Assembly (NCBI GenBank): GCA_964428335.1 | Contig: CAYRXW010000008.1 | Location: 9,834-73,833 of the forward strand | DNA: 64,000 nt | Direction: 5' to 3' | Source of the DNA: an uncultured Methanosarcinales archaeon | GTDB taxonomy: Archaea; Nanobdellota; Nanobdellia; Woesearchaeales; GW2011-AR15 | Part shown: piece by piece, positions 35,239 through 44,993 of the stretch | Position numbering within the stretch: position 1 is the first letter of the stretch | Layout of the letters: every line of letters starts with the position of its first letter | Made by a program: the position numbers and the translations under genes | Notes under the pieces: generated by a model | Databases searched by the model: none | What the model was told of the DNA's origin: nothing | The model's input: the letters and a program-made list of their open reading frames with translations, nothing else

Positions 35239-35565
35239 ATGAGTTATATCCAGAACGGACCAACATATTTGCAGGACATTTTCAATAGTGTTCTTGATAG
35301 GGCACAAAAAAATGTACATTCTGCTATGCTAAATGGCCAATCAAAAATGGAACAGATGCTTAGATTGCTCCCTTATGATCCTTTTATGGTGCAGCTTAAT
35401 GACAAATATAATGCTGCATTGGGACAGATGGCAAATGACCCACACTATTTTGCAAGAAAAGCTGAACCTGTTACAAGTTCATTGGCAAATATTGTCCAAA
35501 ATTCATCTGCATACAACAATTTACAGCCTGCTTTAGCATACTATGCTAGCAAAGGCAAGAGATAA
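35239..35565 (+). CDS. Hypothetical protein
   Basis: A 108-aa ORF filling an otherwise empty gap. No motif recognised. Confidence 0.4.
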   Translation: MSYIQNGPTYLQDIFNSVLDRAQKNVHSAMLNGQSKMEQMLRLLPYDPFMVQLNDKYNAALGQMANDPHYFARKAEPVTSSLANIVQNSSAYNNLQPALAYYASKGKR

Positions 35566-35590
35566 ATAACACTTCTTTCTCCTTAATCAA

Positions 35591-36445
35591 ATGGAATCCA
35601 AAAAGAAAACTCTACTTGCAGACATTGGATTGTTTTATGCTGCTGCAATCTGGGGTTCGACTTTTTTTCTTGTGAAAAACAGCCTAAGCAACATAGACCC
35701 TGTAACTCTTGTTGCATACAGGTTTTTACTGGCAACTGCACTCATGCTGCCTTTTGTCTTCAGAAAAAAAGTATTCCAGAATTTTAAGAACGGTTTTTTC
35801 CTTGGCTTCCTGCTTTGGCTGCTTTATGTCCCGCAGACATTAGGATTAAAGTATACGACAGCCTCAAATTCAGGGTTCATTACGGGCCTTTTTGTTGTCT
35901 TTGTCCCTATATTTTCTTTTTTCATGTTTAAGAAGAATGTCAGCAGGCAAAAGACAATATCTGTAATTGTTGCTGCTCTAGGTTTATGGTTCCTTACAGG
36001 TGGACTAAAAACATTGAACCTAGGGGATCTGCTTACATTAATAGCTGCTGTTACTTATGCCTTGCACATAATCTTTGCAGATAAATATATGAAAGATTCA
36101 GACCCTTATGTCCTTAATTTCCAGCAGATTCTTACAGTAGGCGTACTATCTTTTATAACAGCCATACTATTCAGGCTACCGCTAAATATAGGAAATACCC
36201 TTCCGATAATCCTGTTCCTTACGTTATTCCCTACACTCTCTGCATTCTTAATACAGCTTATTGCACAGAAATTCACATCAGCAATAAAAGTTGCCATGAT
36301 ATTTTCCCTAGAACCTGTATTTGCAGCAATCTTTGCATGGACAATCGGAGGGGAAAAATTTATCTTTACAAGTGCAATCGGAGGATTACTAATAGTTATT
36401 GCAATGGTAATTTCAGAAATCCCTATAAAAAATGGAACTAAATAA
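35591..36445 (+). CDS. EamA/DMT-family transporter
   Basis: About 10 TM helices in a two-fold repeat. The N-terminus LLADIGLFYAAAIWGSTFFLVK is typical of the family. Confidence 0.8.
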   Translation: MESKKKTLLADIGLFYAAAIWGSTFFLVKNSLSNIDPVTLVAYRFLLATALMLPFVFRKKVFQNFKNGFFLGFLLWLLYVPQTLGLKYTTASNSGFITGLFVVFVPIFSFFMFKKNVSRQKTISVIVAALGLWFLTGGLKTLNLGDLLTLIAAVTYALHIIFADKYMKDSDPYVLNFQQILTVGVLSFITAILFRLPLNIGNTLPIILFLTLFPTLSAFLIQLIAQKFTSAIKVAMIFSLEPVFAAIFAWTIGGEKFIFTSAIGGLLIVIAMVISEIPIKNGTK

Positions 36446-36986
36446 GCTTTTTAAGAAGGTATATGCAGACAAGAAAAAGCTCTTCTTGGTAATAATTATC
36501 CTTGCATTTCTTTCGCTGACCTATTCAGGCATAATCAAAAAAGCAATCACTATAATTGCGTTCATTTTGATTTCCGGCATCTCCAAGATATATCACAAAT
36601 TTTTCAAAAGCACACTTGGAATAGATCTTGTCTTTTTTACAACTGCCGTCATCTCTGTTGCATATAATAACCTGTTCCTTTCACTTTTTGTAGGATGGTC
36701 CGGCCTTATACTTGCTGATTCCCTTGGGACAAAGTTCACGCATTTTTCATTAGTTACCCTAATCGGCCTTAGTGCTGTGTCATTAATCTCCGGAACAGTA
36801 TTATTTTTGCCTGCTGTTACTGCACTGATAGTGCTTATGATTGTTTTTGAGATAATAACTATAATATTTTACTTCATCATGGGCAGCTCAGCAGATAAAA
36901 TAGCTGTTTTTTTCTTTAGCCATCTATTATTCAACCTATTCCTGATACTGAATTTCAGCACCGACATAATAAAATTAATTTCCTAA
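36432..36986 (+). CDS. Polytopic membrane protein, paralog family member D (most divergent)
   Basis: 184 aa with the same size and topology. The core is STLGIDLVFFTTAVISVAY. It overlaps the EamA gene by 14 nt. Confidence 0.55.
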   Translation: MELNKLFKKVYADKKKLFLVIIILAFLSLTYSGIIKKAITIIAFILISGISKIYHKFFKSTLGIDLVFFTTAVISVAYNNLFLSLFVGWSGLILADSLGTKFTHFSLVTLIGLSAVSLISGTVLFLPAVTALIVLMIVFEIITIIFYFIMGSSADKIAVFFFSHLLFNLFLILNFSTDIIKLIS

Positions 36987-37681
36987 AACCAGCTCATCTT
37001 AAACCTTTCTTTCCTTACAAAACCCTTTAGTTTTTCCTCTATTAATGGATCGTGAAATTTCCTTTCTAGCTCCCGAAATTCCCTGCTATGATGAACCATC
37101 CTCTTCCCTCTCTTTTCACCACGGAGCTTTTTATGGAGCATCTCATGGTACATCACATAATCTAGAAGCAAGAGATCTTTTTTTAGAAGCGATGAAATCA
37201 TTATCGTATCTTCATTATAATTATATGTACCCATTGTCCTGAAATTATCCCCCCCAAAAACAAGGTTTGGCTGGAGCATCATATCTGAAAAATACATTGC
37301 ATTCATCCTTTTGAAAGAGTCTTCAAGGATTGGGTCTGATTCTGTTTTTTTTGAAAGTGTCGGTATTTTTTTGAGGAATATCTCATAAAACTCTATGTTC
37401 AATGTCTTTATGCTGGTCTTATGGATTTTATTTAACAAAGACTGGATAAGACCTATCTTTATATCTTCAGAAACTTCTTTCCATGAATAAGCTAAGTGGA
37501 ACTCCATATATTCTTTTGTATATTTCACGTTTGCATTATAGCCCTTGAATGCCCTTGAATATTTTATCACTGTTTTTTTTTCAATATCCTTATTAAAAAG
37601 TTCATAGAATGATTTATCCACTAGTTCTGACATCAATTCAAAAATTGGCTGGTTCTTTTTAATGTTTTCTAAGTTAAGCAA
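36983..37681 (-). CDS. HExxH zinc metallopeptidase, SprT/YgjP(DUF45)-like
   Basis: The translation reads DYVMYHEMLHKKL...VHHSREFRELERKF, which is HExxH followed by H-x-x-x-F. Confidence 0.55.
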   Translation of the reverse strand: MLNLENIKKNQPIFELMSELVDKSFYELFNKDIEKKTVIKYSRAFKGYNANVKYTKEYMEFHLAYSWKEVSEDIKIGLIQSLLNKIHKTSIKTLNIEFYEIFLKKIPTLSKKTESDPILEDSFKRMNAMYFSDMMLQPNLVFGGDNFRTMGTYNYNEDTIMISSLLKKDLLLLDYVMYHEMLHKKLRGEKRGKRMVHHSREFRELERKFHDPLIEEKLKGFVRKERFKMSWF

Positions 37682-37765
37682 ATTGAAAAGTTAAAACATA
37701 AATTTAAATAGAATATTTGCTTAAAAAACATTCAGAGTATACTAAGAAAAGCGAAAGACCAAAAA

Positions 37766-38044
37766 ATGACTAATAAAGAGATTGCATCTGGAGTTATGCA
37801 TACTGTACCCCAAGATTTGCGAAAAGCACTTGCTGATTCAGAAAGAATCAGGGAGTTATGGAACGGCTTAACACCGCTTGCGCGCAATGAGTGGATATGC
37901 TGGACAACTTACGTCAAGAAAGAAGAGACAAGAAAAGAGCATATCAAAAGGTTATGCGAGGACCTTCTCAAAGGAAAGCGAAGGCCGTGCTGCTGGCCTG
38001 GTTGTCCTCATCGTAGGCCAAGCGCAAAAAAATGGTTTAAGTAA
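37766..38044 (+). CDS. YdeI/OmpD-associated (OmdA-like) small protein
   Basis: The translation reads VPQDLRKALADSERIRELWNGLTPLARNEWICWTTYVKKEETRKEHIKRLCEDLLKGKRR. The gene is visibly more GC-rich than its neighbours. Confidence 0.6.
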   Translation: MTNKEIASGVMHTVPQDLRKALADSERIRELWNGLTPLARNEWICWTTYVKKEETRKEHIKRLCEDLLKGKRRPCCWPGCPHRRPSAKKWFK

Positions 38045-38088
38045 GTTCTGGCCTGAAACAAGTAAAAAGGAAGAAATTTTCCTTTAAC

Positions 38089-38520
38089 TCAGATTATATG
38101 CACTTCAATCATTGATTCTGGCTGCACTGCAATACTTGATTTAGTTCTTGCATACCTTACTGTAATCGAGCTTCCACCATATCTGGTAAATGGCTCTTTA
38201 AAGTAGCTGTCTGAAAATACTCTTGGAACAAAATTGTCTTTTTCGTATTTTTCTTTAGGTATGAATTCAGGTATTGCTATTCTCTGTCCGTCTTTGTCCC
38301 CTATATAAATCCTTAATGGCTGTGTGCCTGCGATTGAATAAGGCCTTAGGCTAGGATGATAATCCTCTTTATAGATATCATAATTGTCATCCTCATACTC
38401 ATCAATATCATACCTTGCTTCATCACCATTATCATCAGAATTACTATCTTCATCGTGATATGCAAAAGCATTGATGCTCAATATAATCAACAAGGCAATA
38501 AATAATATTTTTAGTTTCAT
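38089..38520 (-). CDS. Secreted acidic protein (hypothetical)
   Basis: The signal peptide is MKLKILFIALLIILSINAFA, followed by a D/E/Y-rich tract. Confidence 0.55.
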   Translation of the reverse strand: MKLKILFIALLIILSINAFAYHDEDSNSDDNGDEARYDIDEYEDDNYDIYKEDYHPSLRPYSIAGTQPLRIYIGDKDGQRIAIPEFIPKEKYEKDNFVPRVFSDSYFKEPFTRYGGSSITVRYARTKSSIAVQPESMIEVHII

Positions 38521-38576
38521 AAAACGCTGGTAGAAAACTCTTATATTAAAAGCTAATGCATTAAAAACTAATCTTG

Positions 38577-39674
38577 CTAATGCAATTCATACCTTAAGAT
38601 TGCAGCATACCTTCCCATATCCCTCAGCTGCACGCCTTCCCTTGTCTCAACTGAAATGATCTCAACCTTTGTGCCATAGCTTTCTGCTTTCTCTTCAAAT
38701 TCTTCAATCACACTATCTGGCAAATCCTCGCTTAACAGGATTATGTCTGCTGCTGCTGCTTCCATTGCTTTTCTTACCTGGATCTCTCCGTATGCTACCT
38801 GAAGCGGCTTTTTTGATAGTATGTCGAAAAATCTCTGCATAAGCGCTTTTTCCTGGGAGATTTCCTCATTTGCTAAAACATCCTGGCATCTCTCTACAAG
38901 CTCCTGCAAGCCAAATTCACCAGTATATCCAACATCCTTTATTGCCAGAATTTTCCTTTTAATCAGGTCAGTAAGGTAATTCCCGTCTATCCATTCATTT
39001 TTGGTATGCCCAGGACCTCCAACTAAAACCCCTTTTATATCAGGATTATGCAAAAACTGCTCTTTTACGTATTCAGCCAGCTTGTTGTAGAAATCCTTTG
39101 CTGCACCTTCCCTTAGCTGCTCAAACCTGTGCGCGGACTGTCCTCCAGCCCTTGTCTTTCCTGGAACTACTGAATTTGTCGTCTGCAATGGGATTATTGA
39201 TTTTCCTTTCAATAAAGCAATATTCCCTTCCCTCTTATCCATGACAACAAGACCATAGACTTCCTTTTTTTCTGCAATCTCTTTCAATGTATCTAGGACA
39301 AAAGTCTTGTCGCATCGATACAACCTGAAATTCAATGGTTCTGGTGTCTCAACCGAGAACACTTCAATATCCTGCTGGCCTTCCCTTTCAGCAACATTAC
39401 CTGAAAAAACTGCAAGGCCATTTTTTGGAGTTTGCTTAAATAATCTTAGATGCTGTATCATCCTTTCTAACGAATCTGTAACGTTTTTCCTTGTTGTTGA
39501 ATCTTTTATGTTTGATGCGGTCCCCTGTTCCTGTGCAAGATGCTGAATAATCTTATTTATATCATAGCCTGCTGGAATGTAGACTGAAACAAGCTCAGTA
39601 TGCCTTCCTTTTATAGGCTCAAGCTTTCTTATGAACTTCAAAAGCGCTCTTCTTTCATGTGATGATAAACTCAT
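38577..39674 (-). CDS. prf1: Peptide chain release factor aRF1
   Basis: The codon-recognition loop is GTASNIKDSTTRKNV (NIKS-type). YRCDKTF is the YxCxxxF motif. The GGQ motif is RAGGQSAHRF. At 365 aa the protein is compact. Confidence 0.9.
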   Translation of the reverse strand: MSLSSHERRALLKFIRKLEPIKGRHTELVSVYIPAGYDINKIIQHLAQEQGTASNIKDSTTRKNVTDSLERMIQHLRLFKQTPKNGLAVFSGNVAEREGQQDIEVFSVETPEPLNFRLYRCDKTFVLDTLKEIAEKKEVYGLVVMDKREGNIALLKGKSIIPLQTTNSVVPGKTRAGGQSAHRFEQLREGAAKDFYNKLAEYVKEQFLHNPDIKGVLVGGPGHTKNEWIDGNYLTDLIKRKILAIKDVGYTGEFGLQELVERCQDVLANEEISQEKALMQRFFDILSKKPLQVAYGEIQVRKAMEAAAADIILLSEDLPDSVIEEFEEKAESYGTKVEIISVETREGVQLRDMGRYAAILRYELH

Positions 39675-39694
39675 ATATGCTCGAAAACACGGAA

Positions 39695-39738
39695 GTTATA
39701 TAAACCTTTTTCCTGAAAAATATGGAAACCTTTAAATA
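39695..39738. promoter_or_regulatory. Divergent TATA boxes for aRF1 (minus strand, gttatataaacc 39695-39706) and TFB (plus strand, tttaaata 39731-39738)
   Basis: The aRF1 TATA lies about 25 nt from its ATG. The TFB TATA is followed by a leader with a GGGAGGAG ribosome-binding site at 39817-39824. Confidence 0.45.
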
Positions 39739-39829
39739 CAACTTGTTTTTAACTTGCCCTACTAATCAAGGTTTTGTCTTTCTAAAAGGGGGCAAGAATT
39801 GGAAAGACTTACGCGAGGGAGGAGTTAGA

Positions 39830-40759
39830 ATGGTTAAAGAATTACAGTATAAAAAATGTCCTGAATGTGCTGCTGAACAGCTTACATGGAATAAAGATAA
39901 AGGGGAAGTCACCTGCAAGGGCTGCGGCCTTGTTTTAGACGACAAACTATTTGACTTTGGCCAGGAATGGAGAGAATTTGACTCCGAAGGAAGTGAAAAC
40001 AGGAGAAGAACCGGCGCTCCTCTAACCTATACTCAGGAAGACAGAGGTCTTGGAACTGCTATTGGGACAAAAGCAGACTTACACAAGCTTTCAAAGAAAG
40101 ACAAAGACAAGTTTTATAGATTAAGGCTTTGGCAAAGAAGGGTTTCAACTGCAATCGAAAGCAACTTGAGACTTGCTTTAAGCGAGATTAAAAGGATTGT
40201 TTCTGTTCTTGGGCTTCCAAATTATGTTGAAGAAGAAATATCAAGAATTTATACTGAGGCTGTCCAGAGAGGCCTTGTAAGAGGACATTCAACAGAAGCT
40301 GTTGTTGCTGGAGTTGTTTATGCTGTTCTTAGAATGTATGATATACCAAGAACATTAAATGAAGTTTCTGAAGTTACAGGAATAGACAAAAAGAAAGTAG
40401 CAAAGAATTTCAAGTATGTTTCAAGGAACTTAAACATCAGGACATTACCAATAGACCCGACAAACTATGTAGCAAGGTTTGCATCTGAATTAAAGCTAAA
40501 CCCAGGGACACAGACAAAAGCACTTGATATTGTTCAGGTTGCAACGAAGGAAGAGATAACCTCAGGAAGAAGTCCAAAAGGAATTGCAGCTGGAGCATTG
40601 TATATCGCTTCAAAGATACATAATGAAAGGAAGACCCAGGCTGAGATTGCAAAAGTTGCTGATGTGACTGAAGTTACAGTGAGGAATTCATACAAGGAAC
40701 TTATAGAAAACCTTGATTTCCTTAACGATGAGCTTGAAAAAGCAAAAGTAGAAGCATAA
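39830..40759 (+). CDS. tfb: Transcription initiation factor IIB (TFB)
   Basis: The Zn ribbon is CPECAAEQLTWNKDKGEVTCKGCG, followed by two cyclin-fold repeats. The start was moved from the ORF-track ATG at 39722 to the ATG at 39830, which has GGAGG just upstream. Confidence 0.9.
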   Translation: MVKELQYKKCPECAAEQLTWNKDKGEVTCKGCGLVLDDKLFDFGQEWREFDSEGSENRRRTGAPLTYTQEDRGLGTAIGTKADLHKLSKKDKDKFYRLRLWQRRVSTAIESNLRLALSEIKRIVSVLGLPNYVEEEISRIYTEAVQRGLVRGHSTEAVVAGVVYAVLRMYDIPRTLNEVSEVTGIDKKKVAKNFKYVSRNLNIRTLPIDPTNYVARFASELKLNPGTQTKALDIVQVATKEEITSGRSPKGIAAGALYIASKIHNERKTQAEIAKVADVTEVTVRNSYKELIENLDFLNDELEKAKVEA

Positions 40760-40795
40760 TTTTTTCTTATTTTCTTAACTTTCTTAAAAATTAGT

Positions 40796-41344
40796 TTATA
40801 GGTTGATAAAATTGAACATATCATTAAGCGCTCCTGCAAAACCAGCAAGATTGCCATCGCTTGGAAGTATTACAACAAATATTGTCCAGACAATATAAAC
40901 TATAAGACCGATATTAAGTATCATGCCTAATATTGGAAAAAGAAGCCCTGACATCTTTTTCTTTTGTATATAATCTGCTGCTATCATGCATATAACCATT
41001 CCAACAAGAGGTATTGGAGAAAGAAGGAATGCAACCAGACCAAATACCGAAAATTGTTTTTTTTCCTTTTTTACCGGATCTTTAACTGTATTTTCAGTTT
41101 TTTCTACGATTGTTGCTTTCTCCTGAAAAGCTGGATCTTTTTGCGCAACATCTTGTTCCTGTTTTTGTTCGCTTTGTGTTTCTAAAACCTGAGGGACTAC
41201 TAAGTCTGCTTCCTGTTTTCCCTTTTCAATTATGTCTTCAGGCCAGCCTGCAGCTTTTAGGGAAGACTCAATCAAAGAATCTGTCATGCCTGACTGCCTG
41301 CATTTCACGATATAATCTTTCAGGTTGGTCTGTGGCATATCCAT
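40796..41344 (-). CDS. Membrane protein with a small N-terminal cytoplasmic domain (hypothetical)
   Basis: The N-terminal part reads LKDYIVKCRQSGMTDSLIESSLKAAGWPEDII. A charged linker follows, then 2-3 C-terminal TM helices. Confidence 0.55.
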   Translation of the reverse strand: MDMPQTNLKDYIVKCRQSGMTDSLIESSLKAAGWPEDIIEKGKQEADLVVPQVLETQSEQKQEQDVAQKDPAFQEKATIVEKTENTVKDPVKKEKKQFSVFGLVAFLLSPIPLVGMVICMIAADYIQKKKMSGLLFPILGMILNIGLIVYIVWTIFVVILPSDGNLAGFAGALNDMFNFINL

Positions 41345-41377
41345 AAAAAGGATTTATGCATTCTGGTATTTAAGCAT

Positions 41378-41656
41378 TTGCTTAGCTTTTTATATAACAT
41401 GCCATTCCCAAGCCCTATGATAAGCTCACTTATTCTGCAGATTGAAGAGAGAAAAAGCAAGCTTATGACTCTTTTTGAAAACGGGAAACTGGATCATGAA
41501 AAGCAGCAGAATATAATGGGCGCAATCCAGGAACTTGATAATATACTTAAAATTCTTGATGACTTGAAAGATTCAGAGGAATATAAGGAAAACAATCCCG
41601 AGGATGTCTTTTTGTATAAGCCTGTGAATAATGGCATTTTTGACTTTATAAAGTGA
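41378..41656 (+). CDS. Hypothetical small helical protein
   Basis: 92-aa ORF with an uncertain start. No motif recognised. Confidence 0.35.
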   Translation: MLSFLYNMPFPSPMISSLILQIEERKSKLMTLFENGKLDHEKQQNIMGAIQELDNILKILDDLKDSEEYKENNPEDVFLYKPVNNGIFDFIK

Positions 41657-41730
41657 TTATTCTTCTTTGATTTAGGCACTATTGGAATAGTTTTATAAAT
41701 GGACATTGTTCTCTTTAAACTGGTGATTAT

Positions 41731-42045
41731 ATGTTACAGGTTACAGATGCAAATTTCGAAAGCGAGGTATTAAAGTCAGATAAACCGGTCATTGTTGATT
41801 TTTGGGCTGAATGGTGCGGACCATGCAGGATATTAGGACCTAGGTTCGAGGAGCTTTCAAAAGAGATGAAAGATATAAAGTTTGCAAAGCTTAATGTTGA
41901 CGAGAATCAGGAAACCTCAGGGAATTTTGGAATAAGAAGCATCCCGACACTTTTGATATTCCATAAAGGTGAGGTTGTTGGAAATATTATAGGGGCCTTG
42001 CCAAAAGAGATGTTAAAACAAAAGATTGAGGCTTCCTTGAATTGA
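41731..42045 (+). CDS. trxA: Thioredoxin
   Basis: The active site is WAEWCGPCR. SIPTLLIF contains the cis-Pro loop. Length is 104 aa. Confidence 0.92.
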   Translation: MLQVTDANFESEVLKSDKPVIVDFWAEWCGPCRILGPRFEELSKEMKDIKFAKLNVDENQETSGNFGIRSIPTLLIFHKGEVVGNIIGALPKEMLKQKIEASLN

Positions 42046-42561
42046 AGATATAATTTCTTTTCCTGTTTTTGATTTTATTCTTTCCTTATTTGTACTTATG
42101 AATTCAGTGACCTTGTCTTCTTTCAATCTTTTGGAATACATGTATGCCTGAAGTATTGTATCCAGCTTGTCACATTCCCTTGCAAGTTTTGAGAATTCAG
42201 TCTTCTCTTCCTGGTATTCATGAAAAAGCCTGCTAAATTCTTTCTTTATCCCTTCTGGAACAGTGTTTAGAAGATTTTCTGCAACTTTGTTTTCAATCTC
42301 CCTTTTATTCTTGAAATCCTTATCACCTGGAAGATAATCATTTACATGCGCCATTATCAGATCATGGATAAGGAGCATCTTGATCAGCTTTTCAGAATCA
42401 ATCCCTTCGCTTTCTGCAATTATCCAGGCTACCAAAGCCGAACCATAAGAATGTGAAGCTATTGTATCTTTTACTCCATTTACGCCTATCCTGATCCAGC
42501 CTTCCCTTTCCTTATGCTTTATGGAATCTACGTTCTTATAGAAGTTTAATATATCATTCAT
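42013..42561 (-). CDS. HD-domain phosphohydrolase (YfbR-like 5'-deoxynucleotidase family)
   Basis: The recognised segments are KEREGWIRIGV..DTIASHSYGSALVAWII and LLIHDL (H...HD). Confidence 0.7.
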   Translation of the reverse strand: MNDILNFYKNVDSIKHKEREGWIRIGVNGVKDTIASHSYGSALVAWIIAESEGIDSEKLIKMLLIHDLIMAHVNDYLPGDKDFKNKREIENKVAENLLNTVPEGIKKEFSRLFHEYQEEKTEFSKLARECDKLDTILQAYMYSKRLKEDKVTEFISTNKERIKSKTGKEIISSIQGSLNLLF

Positions 42562-42670
42562 AATATAATGTATTCAGCTAAGTTTAAAAAATTTCTTGAA
42601 AAATAATAATTTCTTTAAAAACCTGCATTTTTTGGGGCTGTCCTTGTTCCCTTCTTCCTTACCGGCTAGA

Positions 42671-43942
42671 CTAATTTATTAAATTGCTTTCATACGCCTG
42701 CTTTAGATGTGTACTTTTTAATTCATCCAAATCAAACTCAGGAGGAACCGGCTTTTTATACCTAGAATAATAGCTAGTTTTATCTGCTGGAGCAACATAA
42801 TAGAAAATACCCCGCTCAAAGTTTATCAGTTTCCATACTGTATAATTCTTCATGGCATTTCTTCCTATTATCCCGTTTGGTATGAGTATCTTGCCACCAC
42901 CGTTTGGCGCATCTATTACAAGCTGAGGGGTTGCAAAACCAGACGTATGCCCTCTTATGTTATCTATTATCTCAAGACCTTTTTCAACAGGTGTTCTGAA
43001 ATGCGCTGTGCCTTCAACCGGATCGCAAAGGTAGATGTAATAAGGCTTTACACCCATGCTAAGAAGCTTTTTATTCAGCTCTTTCATGATATTTATGTCA
43101 TCATTCACTCCTTTTAACAGTACTGCCTGGTTTCCAAGAGGGCTTCCTGCCATGCTAAGCCTAAAGCATGCTTCCCTTGCTTCTGGCGTGCATTCTCCAG
43201 GATTATTGAAATGCGTATTTACATAAACCGGTTTTCTTGTCCCTTCAAATTCCCTGCTGTTTAGTTCTCTCAATTTTTCTGCAAATTCCTTAGTGATTCT
43301 TTGAGGCAATGTTACCAGATTTCTTGTGCCAAGCCTCATCATCTCAATATTCTTTATGTCCTGTATGTCTGAGATTATCCTAAAAAGCCTTTCATCTGAA
43401 AGAGATAGTGGGTCTCCTCCTGAAATGACAACATCCCTTACCTCTGGATGGTTCCTTAGATAGCCTAAGCCTAATTCTATCTGGCTTGATGTCGCTGCTG
43501 AACCAGGGTTTGAAACTTTTCTCTTCCTTGTACAATGCCTGCAATAGACAGGACAATTATGCGTGGTATAAAGTAGAACCCTGTCAGGATACCTATGAGT
43601 AAGCCCTGGGACAGGCATATCATGTTCCTCTCCAAGTGGATCGTCAATATCATCAACATATTTCACAGCCTCTTCTTCCTGTGGGATGGACTGAAGCCTC
43701 ATAGGGCAGTCTTTATCCTTTAAGTCAATCAAAGAAAAATAATAAGGGGTTATCCCCATCATAAAATCCATAGAGGTTTTTTCAAAGGCCAATATCTCTT
43801 CTTTTCTTAGAGAGTCCCCCATCACAAGTTTCAGGTGCTCAAGCTTAGTTAACCTGTTTACCTGCTGCCAGTGCCAGTCATTCCATTTCTCATCAGGAAT
43901 GTCTTTCCAGTAAGTATGTTTCTTAGATACTGGAAACTGCAT
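42671..43942 (-). CDS. kamA: KamA-family radical SAM aminomutase (lysine 2,3-aminomutase-like)
   Basis: The N-terminus reads WNDWHWQQVNRL. The cluster motif is CPVYCRHCTRK. GGDPLSL is also present. Length is 423 aa. Confidence 0.85.
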   Translation of the reverse strand: MQFPVSKKHTYWKDIPDEKWNDWHWQQVNRLTKLEHLKLVMGDSLRKEEILAFEKTSMDFMMGITPYYFSLIDLKDKDCPMRLQSIPQEEEAVKYVDDIDDPLGEEHDMPVPGLTHRYPDRVLLYTTHNCPVYCRHCTRKRKVSNPGSAATSSQIELGLGYLRNHPEVRDVVISGGDPLSLSDERLFRIISDIQDIKNIEMMRLGTRNLVTLPQRITKEFAEKLRELNSREFEGTRKPVYVNTHFNNPGECTPEAREACFRLSMAGSPLGNQAVLLKGVNDDINIMKELNKKLLSMGVKPYYIYLCDPVEGTAHFRTPVEKGLEIIDNIRGHTSGFATPQLVIDAPNGGGKILIPNGIIGRNAMKNYTVWKLINFERGIFYYVAPADKTSYYSRYKKPVPPEFDLDELKSTHLKQAYESNLIN

Positions 43943-44993
43943 CTTTCTTGCTCCTGCTCACTAGCTTTTTCTCTTCCAGAAGATTATACCTTTTCATAGC
44001 ATCTGTAAGAATAGTCATTATGATATCTTCATACTTCATCCCTGAAGCATAGCAGGATTTTGGAAACCTTGAGTTTTCCAAAGGATCAGGCATTAAGCCA
44101 GGAAGGGCATTCACCTCAATCACATTTGGTATCCCTTCTCTATCCAGCCTTATATCCATCCTGCATAAATCAACTATTCCAAGTACTTTGAATGTCGAAA
44201 GCGCAATCTTTTTTATCTGCTCTTCCAACTGCTTTGATATCTTTGCAGGACATATTATTGGGTCTATAGGATTATTCGGATTATCCCATACCCACTTAAC
44301 TTCATAGGAATCAAACTTATTGACTCCTTCTGGCAGATAATCAAATGTTATTTCAACTATGGGAAGCACTTTTGGAGGGTTATTTCCAAGAACTGAAACT
44401 GTAAATTCCCTTCCTTCCAGAAATTCCTCAACTATTGCAGCCTGGCCATAGCTTTTTATTACAAACTTGAGCATCTCCCTAAGCTCTTTCTCATTATTGA
44501 CCAAAGAATTGTTCCTGATTCCCTTTGATGAGCCTTCTGAATTCGGCTTCACAAACAAAGGATACCTAAGTTCAGGGTTTATTTTTTGAGTTGGTTTTGT
44601 AAATATCTGAAACTTCGCATTCGGGATGCCATAGTAAGATAGCACTTCTTTTGTCCTTCTCTTATCCAGAGTCAATGCCTGTGTGAAAACTCCACTGCCT
44701 GTGTATGGAATCTTTAGCATCTCAAGCATCGCAGGAACATGGCTCTCCCTTGATTCTCCGTGTATCCCTTCTGCAATATTAAAAACAAAACCATATGTAC
44801 CGTATTTTAATTTTTCATACAAATTTTCATCTGCTTCAAGGATGTCAACCTCATAATTATTTTTTATAAGAGCATTTTTTATTGCTGTTGGCACATCAAT
44901 GTTATCACATTCAGCATAGAAATCATCCGGCTGGTTTTTAGAAGCTTCCTTTTTCTGGTTATATATTACTGCTATCTTATTTACAGATCTCAT
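43923..44993 (-). CDS. D-alanine--D-alanine ligase-family ATP-grasp enzyme
   Basis: Typical Ddl-family layout with GIHGESRESHVPAMLEMLKIPYTGSG, LFVKPNSEGSSKGI and VIEVNALPGL. Its 3' end overlaps the kamA start by 20 nt. Confidence 0.75.
   Translation of the reverse strand: MRSVNKIAVIYNQKKEASKNQPDDFYAECDNIDVPTAIKNALIKNNYEVDILEADENLYEKLKYGTYGFVFNIAEGIHGESRESHVPAMLEMLKIPYTGSGVFTQALTLDKRRTKEVLSYYGIPNAKFQIFTKPTQKINPELRYPLFVKPNSEGSSKGIRNNSLVNNEKELREMLKFVIKSYGQAAIVEEFLEGREFTVSVLGNNPPKVLPIVEITFDYLPEGVNKFDSYEVKWVWDNPNNPIDPIICPAKISKQLEEQIKKIALSTFKVLGIVDLCRMDIRLDREGIPNVIEVNALPGLMPDPLENSRFPKSCYASGMKYEDIIMTILTDAMKRYNLLEEKKLVSRSKKDAVSSI

Noticed and set aside
38577-39674. aRF1 has NIKD instead of NIKS in the stop-codon recognition loop and is short at 365 aa. 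I recall that NIKD-type changes are discussed for ciliates with reassigned stop codons.
   Set aside because: TAA, TAG and TGA are all used as stops by confidently called genes in this window (FTR1 uses TAA, DtxR uses TAG, the giant gene uses TGA). There is no evidence of readthrough ORFs. The variant may be normal for archaeal aRF1.
39722-39829. A 36-aa N-terminal extension of TFB from the ORF-track ATG at 39722.
   Set aside because: The extension (METFKYNLFLTCPTNQGF...) covers the TATA box at 39731-38. The ATG at 39830 has a GGAGG site upstream and places the Zn ribbon at the usual N-terminal position.
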